Origin: Pseudomonadota bacterium
GTDB lineage: Bacteria > UBA10199 > 2-02-FULL-44-16 > JBDRGF01
DNA: 14,060 nucleotides
Direction of reading: 5' to 3'
NCBI GenBank assembly: GCA_043818055.1
Contig: JBDRGF010000053.1
Span: 1 to 14,060, forward strand
Program-made: the position numbers and the translations under genes
Shown here: positions 8,255 through 14,060 of the stretch, piece by piece
How positions within the stretch are numbered: position 1 is the first letter of the stretch
Layout: each line of letters opens with the position of its first letter
Notes under the pieces: generated by a model
Seen by the model: only the letters and a program-made list of their open reading frames with translations
What the model was told of the DNA's origin: nothing
Database searches by the model: none

Positions 8255-10249
8255 TTAAAAATGTTGTCTGAAGACTACCTGCAACCTCTCTCCGGGCTTT
8301 AAGAGATCACCCTCGGAGGGGAACTGCTTCACAGCAAAACCACTTCCTGAAAAATCGACATCTAAATTCACATCCTTGGTCGCGGCCAGGATCTCTCTTT
8401 TAGTAAGTCCCTTGAGATCTGGCACCCTGAACCTTCCCTCCTCGGTGATCTCCACATTGATGGTCTGAGCTACCCTGCCTTCATTGTAATCCTTTATATC
8501 ATTCTCGCCGCGCCTCACTATCCTCGTGCCTAGCTGTGATGGGACTTTGAGATAGTGCAACGCCTTCTCTACAATCTTGCGGAAAATCGGTGCCGCAACC
8601 TGTCCGCCGTAATACTCAACTCCTCTTGGCTCATCTATGCCGACATAGATCACGACCCTCGGCGCCTCCACAGGTGCAAAACCTACAAAGGATGAAAAAT
8701 ATTTTTTCTCCTTATATTTACCCGTCTTAAAATCAACCTTCTGCGCCGTCCCCGTCTTTCCTCCGACAGTGTATTCCGGAGTCGACGCGAGAGTGCCTGT
8801 TCCACCCGGTTCGACAACCGCCCTCAGAAGCTCACGCATTATCTCAGAAGTTTTTGCTGAGATCGACCGGGCAACGACTTCCCGTCCGAAGGCTTTAATC
8901 TCGTTGCCATTCTCATCGAGAATCCTCTTTACAATTCTTGGCTTTAAAAGCTCTCCTCCGTTGATAATCGCTGCGAACGCCACACTCATCTGAAGTGGCG
9001 TCAAAGCTATTCCCTGACCAAACGCTATATTCGCAAACTGAAGTTCAGACCATGTTCTTGGAGAAGCAAGAATCCCCCCCGATTCTCCGGGAAGCATAAC
9101 ATCGGTTTTCTCTCCAAAGCCGTATCCCAGCAATTTCTCATATAGCTCATTCTTCCCCAAAAGCTTTGAGATCTTATATGCCCCGATATTTGAGGAATAC
9201 TTGATTATCTCCGAAACTTTTAGTTTTCCATACGGATGCGTATCCCTCATTAAATGCGCGTCGACCTGAATCTGTCCATTCTCACAATCAAATACATCAT
9301 TTTCCTTCACAACCCCCATATCCATGGCCGATGCGATGGTCATGGCTTTGAATGTTGAACCGGGTTCATAGGGATCCGTTATCGAACGATTTCTCCACGC
9401 ATCATAACTGTATTCGTTATAACGATTTGGATCGAAATCGGGCATGTTTGCAATCGCAAGGATATCACCGGTGAGAGGGTCAAGCACTACAGCAACACCG
9501 CTTTTGGCTTGAGTTCTCTCAACGCCGAGTGACAGCTCCTTTTCGAGGATATACTGCAGTTGTTTATCGATGGTCAACTGCAATTCTCCGGAAGGTTCGG
9601 ATTCCAGAAGATCTGAGGGGGAAAGGAATAAATATCCCCTGGCATCCCTCAAATAACCGTTCTTCTGGGGATGGCTGACCAGATAGTCGTTAAATCCAAG
9701 CTCAACCCCACCCAAAGGCTTAGAGTCGAATCCCACAGCTCCGAGCACCTGCGAGAGAAGCTTGCCATTAGGATATGACCTCTTGTTCTCTTTTAACATG
9801 TCTATGCCGGGAAGCTCCATATCCTTTATCTTCTTGGAAACATCGTCGCTGACAAGGCGCCTCAACCAGACGAATTTTCTGTCCTGCGATAATTTTTCGA
9901 TAAGCTTTCCCTTTTCAAGCTCAAGGAGTGAGGAGAGCTTATCCGCCACAGTCGATATCATCTCCCTAGGTATTTCATGCGGATTAGCAAAAATTGAATA
10001 GACTGACAGATTCACGGCGAGCTCCTCGCCATTTATATCGATAATCTTACCGCGATAGCTGCTCTGTCTTACCGCTGTCCGGTATTGGCGAAGTGCCAGG
10101 TTCTCGAGCTGCGAATTATCCTTCACATGCAGAAATACCGCGCGAACGAGCAGTAAACCAAAGCTCAAAGCAAAGACCGCGCCAAGGACAAACATCCTCC
10201 TGGCTAGCCTCCTTACTGACTCGTCTCCTCCTGTAGTATATCGTGGCAT
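8255..10249 (-). CDS. ftsI: Class B penicillin-binding protein FtsI/PBP3 with a C-terminal PASTA-like domain
   Basis: N-terminal TM segment and RGKI motif, SxxK (STFK), SxN (SSN) and KTG motifs. C-terminal VPDLKG...QFPSEG resembles a PASTA domain. Confidence 0.95.
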   Translation of the reverse strand: MPRYTTGGDESVRRLARRMFVLGAVFALSFGLLLVRAVFLHVKDNSQLENLALRQYRTAVRQSSYRGKIIDINGEELAVNLSVYSIFANPHEIPREMISTVADKLSSLLELEKGKLIEKLSQDRKFVWLRRLVSDDVSKKIKDMELPGIDMLKENKRSYPNGKLLSQVLGAVGFDSKPLGGVELGFNDYLVSHPQKNGYLRDARGYLFLSPSDLLESEPSGELQLTIDKQLQYILEKELSLGVERTQAKSGVAVVLDPLTGDILAIANMPDFDPNRYNEYSYDAWRNRSITDPYEPGSTFKAMTIASAMDMGVVKENDVFDCENGQIQVDAHLMRDTHPYGKLKVSEIIKYSSNIGAYKISKLLGKNELYEKLLGYGFGEKTDVMLPGESGGILASPRTWSELQFANIAFGQGIALTPLQMSVAFAAIINGGELLKPRIVKRILDENGNEIKAFGREVVARSISAKTSEIMRELLRAVVEPGGTGTLASTPEYTVGGKTGTAQKVDFKTGKYKEKKYFSSFVGFAPVEAPRVVIYVGIDEPRGVEYYGGQVAAPIFRKIVEKALHYLKVPSQLGTRIVRRGENDIKDYNEGRVAQTINVEITEEGRFRVPDLKGLTKREILAATKDVNLDVDFSGSGFAVKQFPSEGDLLKPGERLQVVFRQHF

Positions 10250-10251
10250 AG

Positions 10252-10332
10252 TAAGTTTTAAGCCATAAGCTATAAGCTATAAGCTGTAAGAGTCTCATAA
10301 ATCAAAACTTACAGCTTAAAGCTTATAGCTTA
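10252..10332. repeat. Inverted TAAGCTR heptamer arrays forming a long hairpin upstream of ftsI
   Basis: Left arm TAAGTTT TAAGCCA TAAGCTA TAAGCTA TAAGCTG TAAG (10252-10290), a 17-nt loop, then right arm CTTACAG CTTAAAG CTTATAG CTTA (10308-10332). Positions 10266-10290 pair with 10308-10332 at 24 of 25 bases. Confidence 0.95.
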
Positions 10333-10335
10333 CAA

Positions 10336-10683
10336 CTATCTCCCCGGTACAAACATCATCTCATCCCCTGCTGGGGGACGCATTCCAAAATAGCTTCTCG
10401 CGATCTGATCCAGTCTCCCCGGCGCCTTCAGGCGCGCGACTTCGGATTCGAATTTCAATTCCTCCTGCTCGAAGCGATTGATCTCACCCTGCAATCTGGT
10501 CACATCGTAACTCAGTTGTATCACCTTGATCCTCGTCCAGACATATGTGAGCGCAAACACCACAACTATCAGCAAAATCAACAAACCGTTCAGCAGCGAT
10601 TTATTTCTCATCGCCACCTCTCTCGAGGCCGGCTGTTGCCGCTTCACGGAGCTTGAGACTATCTGTTTTGATCTTCCTATCAT
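10336..10683 (-). CDS. ftsL: Cell division protein FtsL (about 115 aa; start uncertain)
   Basis: Short cytoplasmic N-terminus, one TM helix, a coiled coil and a RLDQIARSYFGM..P tail. Lies between rsmH and ftsI. The ORF-track extension to 10737 runs through a heptamer repeat and is probably not coding. An alternative ATG at 10611 has GAGGTG upstream. Confidence 0.85.
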   Translation of the reverse strand: MIGRSKQIVSSSVKRQQPASREVAMRNKSLLNGLLILLIVVVFALTYVWTRIKVIQLSYDVTRLQGEINRFEQEELKFESEVARLKAPGRLDQIARSYFGMRPPAGDEMMFVPGR

Positions 10684-10691
10684 AAAAAACC

Positions 10692-10808
10692 CGTAATACG
10701 TTAATCGTGAAGCGTCATACGTTTCACCATAAATCATGCGACTGAACTAACGCTTCACGCTCTAATCTTTCCGCCATACGCTTCACGCTTCACGTCCTAC
10801 GCTTCACG
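10692..10808. repeat. CG-initiated heptamer arrays (CGCTTCA family) between rsmH and ftsL
   Basis: CGTAATA CGTTAAT CGTGAAG CGTCATA CGTTTCA (10692-10726) and CGCCATA CGCTTCA CGCTTCA CGTCCTA CGCTTCA CG (10772-10808). ACGCTTCACG starts at 10750, 10778, 10785 and 10799, and its reverse complement is at 10706-10715. Confidence 0.88.
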
Positions 10809-11690
10809 TTCCAATATTCTTAATTTTGCGCTTCTTGCGCGTTTGTTTCTTCGTATCTCCTCAAGCTTCGGCATCACAACTTTTTTGTGCGGGAGGAAGA
10901 ATCTTTCATCTTCTGTCCATCCTTTAAAGGATCTCTTAACAAGCCGATCCTCGAGCGAGTGATAGCTTATAATCACAAGCCGCCCCTGGGGCAAAAGAAG
11001 GGTTGGAGCGAAGCTTAAGAACTTTTTAAGCTCTTCAATCTCATCATTCACCCATATTCTCAGCGCCTGAAATGTTTTGGTCGCGACATTTATCTTCCCA
11101 CCTTTGTGAGCGAAGGCGCCTGCTACAACCTCGGCAAGCGATAGCGTATCTGTCAGCCTTCCCTCGTCGTGCGCCTTTATGATGAGACTCGCGATCTTTT
11201 TCGCTCTTCTCTCCTCACCATACTTTTCGATCACATCTGACAATGAGACGACATCCGCATCTGATAGTTTTTCAATGAGGGAATCTCCGAAGGGTCCCAT
11301 TCGCATATCGAGAGGCCCCTTCTTCCCAAACGAAAAACCTCTATGAGGAAGATCCACCTGTGCGCTTGAAATTCCAAGATCGAGCAAAATGCCGTCAAAC
11401 CCTAAAATGCCTGGTTCATCTTTAAGAGACATCGCTCTTGAAAACGGGATTTGCTTAAGATCGAACCTGCCGGAAAATTCTTTTAACCGCTCGTTCGCGT
11501 GATCTATCGCATTAGCATCTTTATCAATCCCTATAAGCCGGGCATCGACGGACGCCCTCTTGAGGATCTGAAAAGCATGACCTCCGCCGCCCAAGGTTCC
11601 ATCTAAAAATATTTTTCCATCCCCGACCTTTAACCACTCGAGCACCTCTTCCACCATGACAGGCGTATGGTAGAAGATATCTTCGTTCAT
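10797..11690 (-). CDS. rsmH: 16S rRNA m4C1402 methyltransferase RsmH (MraW)
   Basis: HTPVM, DGTLGGGGHA, DLGISS, PLDMRM, FQALRIWVN, SYHSLEDR and RSAKLR motifs. Confidence 0.98.
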   Translation of the reverse strand: MNEDIFYHTPVMVEEVLEWLKVGDGKIFLDGTLGGGGHAFQILKRASVDARLIGIDKDANAIDHANERLKEFSGRFDLKQIPFSRAMSLKDEPGILGFDGILLDLGISSAQVDLPHRGFSFGKKGPLDMRMGPFGDSLIEKLSDADVVSLSDVIEKYGEERRAKKIASLIIKAHDEGRLTDTLSLAEVVAGAFAHKGGKINVATKTFQALRIWVNDEIEELKKFLSFAPTLLLPQGRLVIISYHSLEDRLVKRSFKGWTEDERFFLPHKKVVMPKLEEIRRNKRARSAKLRILEREA

Positions 11691-12040
11691 TGCAGATCGC
11701 CCTCATGAGATGAGCCCAGGAAGCTCAAAAGAGCATCTTCAACGCTCGCGTACATCTCCTCCTCGAGGCCAAATGCCTGCATGATCTGACGAACGTAACG
11801 GTTTGCGTTTGCCATCTTCAGATCTCCGCCATCGCATTGAAATTCGATTATGCGATCGGCTATTGACTGCACGAGCTTGTAATCGAGATGCTTGAGATTT
11901 TCAAGATTTAGAACGATGTTGCGCTGATTGCGCATTGAGAGTGAATCGAGTAGATTTTCAAAATCCCTCATATTTTCCCGCTCAAGTTCACCATCAACGC
12001 CAACCACAGAGATATCCTGCACCTGCTTTACTTTGTACAT
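11687..12040 (-). CDS. STAS-domain (SpoIIAA/anti-sigma-factor-antagonist-like) protein
   Basis: 117 aa with a STAS pattern: V.VDGEL, IVLNLENLKHLD, GGDLKMANAN.YVRQIM, Y.SVEDAL. GGAGG SD, and an ATGA overlap with the rsmH start. Confidence 0.85.
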   Translation of the reverse strand: MYKVKQVQDISVVGVDGELERENMRDFENLLDSLSMRNQRNIVLNLENLKHLDYKLVQSIADRIIEFQCDGGDLKMANANRYVRQIMQAFGLEEEMYASVEDALLSFLGSSHEGDLQ

Positions 12041-12055
12041 CCCCCCTCCCCATCA

Positions 12056-12139
12056 CGTGAAATGTCCACCCGTGAAACGTGAAGCGCGAGAAACCTTTGC
12101 TTTTCGAACGACGCTTCACGAATTTCATGCTACATACGC
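12056..12139. repeat. CGCTTCA-family heptamer inverted repeat between mraZ and the STAS gene
   Basis: CGTGAAA CGTGAAG CGCGAGA (12071-12091). CGTGAAGCG (12078-12086) is complementary to CGCTTCACG (12112-12120). An imperfect outer pair is CGTGAAAT/ATTTCATG. Confidence 0.82.
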
Positions 12140-12155
12140 TTTTGCTTTTAAAACA

Positions 12156-12596
12156 TTACAATCCCAAATCAGCGAGCTTGCTTCCCAAACCTTCCAACCT
12201 CTTCTGTGCTGATTCGAATACGACATCCCAACGATCTCTTCCCCAGATCTCGATGCGGTTTGTCATGCCGACGACGACTATCTCCCGATCCAGCCCTGCA
12301 TATTCTCTGAGCACAGTTGGAATTAAAATTCTTCCCTGCTTATCTATCGGACACTCGCTCGCAGCTGATATGAAGACCCTCTGCAACGCCTTCACCTCTT
12401 CCAAAAATTGCGGCAGCTTTGAGATCTTCTCTTCGAGTTTTTGCCACTCTGTCACGGGATATGCCCACAGGCACTGGTCGAAATTTGTTATGATAAGTCT
12501 CTCATCGAAATTGGATGCGAGGAGCTCACGAAACTTCGACGGAATCGATGTTCTCCCCTTCGTATCTATCTGATGGTAAAACTGCCCTCTAAACAT
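12156..12596 (-). CDS. mraZ: Transcriptional regulator MraZ (146 aa from MFRG)
   Basis: Two SpoVT/AbrB-type repeats (DTKGR..IP and DKQGRILIP) and a typical MFRGQF N-terminus with GGAG 9 nt upstream. First gene of the dcw cluster. Confidence 0.97.
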   Translation of the reverse strand: MFRGQFYHQIDTKGRTSIPSKFRELLASNFDERLIITNFDQCLWAYPVTEWQKLEEKISKLPQFLEEVKALQRVFISAASECPIDKQGRILIPTVLREYAGLDREIVVVGMTNRIEIWGRDRWDVVFESAQKRLEGLGSKLADLGL

Positions 12597-12606
12597 CCCA
12601 ATATTC

Positions 12607-12642
12607 TCCATTCGTTACAACTTTATACCACTCCATACCACT
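12607..12642 (-). promoter_or_regulatory. Putative MraZ-binding direct repeats (10-bp period)
   Basis: The minus strand reads AGTGGTATGG AGTGGTATAA AGTTGTAACG AATGGA. GTGG-like cores at one-helical-turn spacing upstream of mraZ match known MraZ operators (TGGGN in E. coli, GTGG-type in Bacillus/Mycoplasma). Confidence 0.75.
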
Positions 12643-12666
12643 ATATGGGAATATTGAGAAGGTCAA
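12640..12666 (-). promoter_or_regulatory. Candidate sigma-70-type dcw promoter (TTGACC-N15-TATAGT)
   Basis: Both hexamers match consensus at 5 of 6 positions and the -10 overlaps the first MraZ repeat, but the 15-nt spacer is short. Confidence 0.45.
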
Positions 12667-12722
12667 GGGAATTGGTTTGTTAATTATGTGAAAAATAGAG
12701 TTTTTTTACAATTTCAGGCCTG

Positions 12723-12740
12723 TTTTTTGAATTCAAAAAA
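12723..12740. promoter_or_regulatory. Perfect 18-bp palindrome in the divergent promoter region (possible operator)
   Basis: TTTTTTGAATTCAAAAAA, flanked by TG/ACA with one extra A. It is low complexity, so function is unproven. Confidence 0.35.
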
Positions 12741-12798
12741 ACATCCTGTTTTTCGAATGTTGCGACTCAACTTAAAAGTAATCCTTCGATGTTCAATG

Positions 12799-12811
12799 TA
12801 ATGCCTTGATT
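12799..12811 (-). promoter_or_regulatory. IHF-consensus match
   Basis: TAATGCCTTGATT is the reverse complement of a WATCAANNNNTTR site, in an AT-rich divergent intergenic region. Confidence 0.3.
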
Positions 12812-12850
12812 TGTAAGATTTTTATGATAGTACTCAATTCATAAATTCCT

Positions 12851-14017
12851 ATGGAAAAAGAACTCACAAAATTAGAATCCGTGATTCTCAAGCACCTCAA
12901 GGGAAAGTATCTCCCCAAGAGGTTCTCTTCGGGAAGGAATATTCACTTCAGCGAGAAGGATCTGATCCTCTTTTCAAAGGGAGCTGCAAAGCTCTCTGAG
13001 AGCTTCACCATCGGAAGAAGTGAACTCACGGACGATTATCTGAATAGACCTGAGATGCGCAGCGGATATCTTCTCTATTTCACGCTCACAAATGTCGCGA
13101 AAGTTTTTCATCTGTTGAAGAGATTGGATGACAAAGAAAAATTTTCAAAAAAGAAAGATATTAAACTCCTCGATATCGGCTGTGGCCCTGCCAGTGGAGC
13201 TTTGGCGGCATCTCTCTTTTTTACTGAGAAGCGATTGACGGCTATCGGAGTTGATCAGAACAAGGAAATTTTAAATGACGGTTTGTCGATCTTCAATCAG
13301 ATCAAGGCGAATCAACACAGATTCATTCCTCTTCCTGAAAGGTTTGGGGGTGGAAAAATTTCGCAGAAGATCTTAAGCGCAGCGCCATTTGATATCATCA
13401 TCGCATCAAACTTCATAAACGAAATTAAAAATTTTGAGAGAAGGATGGGAATAATCGACGATCTTCTAAAACTCTTATCAAACGATGGTTTCCTGATCAT
13501 CATCGAGCCAGCTCTACAGAGGCAAACAAGAGAGCTCATGCATATTCACGATGTGATTTTAAAAAACAAAATGGCATCAGTCATCGAGCCATGCCCACAT
13601 CAGGAGAAATGCCCGATGCTCGCCCATAACAAGAGGGACTGGTGTCACACATATATAAACTGGAGTGCACCGAAAACGATCAGCGATGTCGATGATCTGC
13701 TCGGCATCAAACACGATTATCTAAAGCTGTCATATATGATTTTGAAATTAGACTTTGACGCTTCACGATCGGCGCTTCACGACCGACGGTTTTTTAGGGT
13801 TGTATCCAGCCCTCTCAGATCGAAGGGAAAAATTGAACTGCTGCTCTGCTCTGAAGATGGTGAACTAAAAAGGGTCACCCGCCTCGACAAAAACAAATCA
13901 AAATTCAATCAGGACTTCGACAAGGTCTGGAGAGGAGATGTAGTCTCCTTTTCTTCCAGACACAGCAACATTGAAAGAGAAGAAATAATTAAGATCGTCG
14001 AGAGATTCAATAGATAA
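12851..14017 (+). CDS. Rsm22/METTL17-like class I SAM-dependent methyltransferase-fold protein
   Basis: Motif I LLDIGCGPASG, then FDIIIASNFINE, GFLIIIEP, PCPHQEKCPM, DWCH, LSYMIL, RVVSSPLRSKGKIELLLC and RGD. This is the motif order of Rsm22-family proteins. Confidence 0.8.
   Translation: MEKELTKLESVILKHLKGKYLPKRFSSGRNIHFSEKDLILFSKGAAKLSESFTIGRSELTDDYLNRPEMRSGYLLYFTLTNVAKVFHLLKRLDDKEKFSKKKDIKLLDIGCGPASGALAASLFFTEKRLTAIGVDQNKEILNDGLSIFNQIKANQHRFIPLPERFGGGKISQKILSAAPFDIIIASNFINEIKNFERRMGIIDDLLKLLSNDGFLIIIEPALQRQTRELMHIHDVILKNKMASVIEPCPHQEKCPMLAHNKRDWCHTYINWSAPKTISDVDDLLGIKHDYLKLSYMILKLDFDASRSALHDRRFFRVVSSPLRSKGKIELLLCSEDGELKRVTRLDKNKSKFNQDFDKVWRGDVVSFSSRHSNIEREEIIKIVERFNR
13758..13788. repeat. 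CGCTTCA-family heptamer repeat inside the methyltransferase CDS
   Basis: A CGCTTCA CGATCGG CGCTTCA CGACCGA CG. It contains the same ACGCTTCACG 10-mer as the intergenic arrays and encodes DASRSALHDRR. Confidence 0.8.
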
Positions 14018-14019
14018 TC

Positions 14020-14035
14020 TGGCACAATCCTTGCT
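14020..14035 (+). promoter_or_regulatory. Sigma-54 (RpoN) -24/-12 promoter for a gene beyond the window
   Basis: TGGCAC-AATCC-TTGCT with exact GG-N10-GC spacing, intergenic, starting 2 nt after the methyltransferase stop. Confidence 0.75.
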
Positions 14036-14060
14036 TACCTTTTCCCAACACCGGGTGTTG

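Noticed and set aside
10116..10298. 60-aa minus-strand ORF MRLLQLIAYSLWLKTY...
   Set aside because: Its N-terminus is just the translated heptamer array and the rest overlaps ftsI out of frame. It has no SD. A leader-peptide role cannot be excluded but has no support.
2728..10335. Heptamer arrays or REPs as a CRISPR array
   Set aside because: There are no 23-50-nt repeats separated by unique, similar-length spacers, and no cas genes.
10684..10737. N-terminal extension of FtsL (MIYGETYDASRLTYYGFF) in the ORF track
   Set aside because: It coincides with the CG-heptamer array. The DASR peptide also appears in the repeat-derived methyltransferase linker, indicating it is repeat translation.
11524..11706. 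60-aa minus-strand ORF overlapping the STAS/rsmH junction
   Set aside because: It is an alternative frame within two supported genes and has no independent evidence.
12597..12611. MENIG extension of MraZ
   Set aside because: MraZ proteins typically start at MF.G. The upstream ATGGAG serves better as the SD and as the fourth operator repeat.
355..12683. Numerous plus-strand ORFs of 60-164 aa (for example 355-672, 4370-4762, 7794-8237, 12079-12573)
   Set aside because: They lie antisense to well-supported dcw genes, have no recognisable motifs, and are expected shadow ORFs.
13312..13539. 75-aa minus-strand ORF
   Set aside because: It is an antisense shadow of the methyltransferase gene.

Overview
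This window holds the 5' part of a bacterial division/cell-wall (dcw) operon on the minus strand: mraZ - STAS-domain gene - rsmH - ftsL - ftsI - murE - murF - mraY - murD - ftsW - murG - murC (murC is cut by the window edge). An Rsm22/METTL17-like SAM-dependent methyltransferase gene is transcribed divergently on the plus strand and is followed by a well-formed sigma-54 (-24/-12) promoter motif. The gene style (PASTA-bearing FtsI, meso-DAP-type MurE, sigma-54 site) fits a diderm, possibly deltaproteobacterial-type, organism; that is inference. The genes are mostly ordinary, but the non-coding DNA is not. All six intra-operon spacers longer than 40 nt carry structured repeats from three families, and each family precedes two genes. 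TAAGCTR heptamer arrays abut the ftsW and ftsI start codons, CGCTTCA/TGAAGCG heptamers precede ftsL and the STAS gene, and GTAG-type REP palindromes precede murD and murF. The CGCTTCA family has also entered coding sequence, at the rsmH C-terminus and in a linker of the methyltransferase. The STAS protein is translationally coupled to rsmH and lacks the canonical phospho-serine. A 10-bp-periodic MraZ-box-like array lies in front of mraZ.
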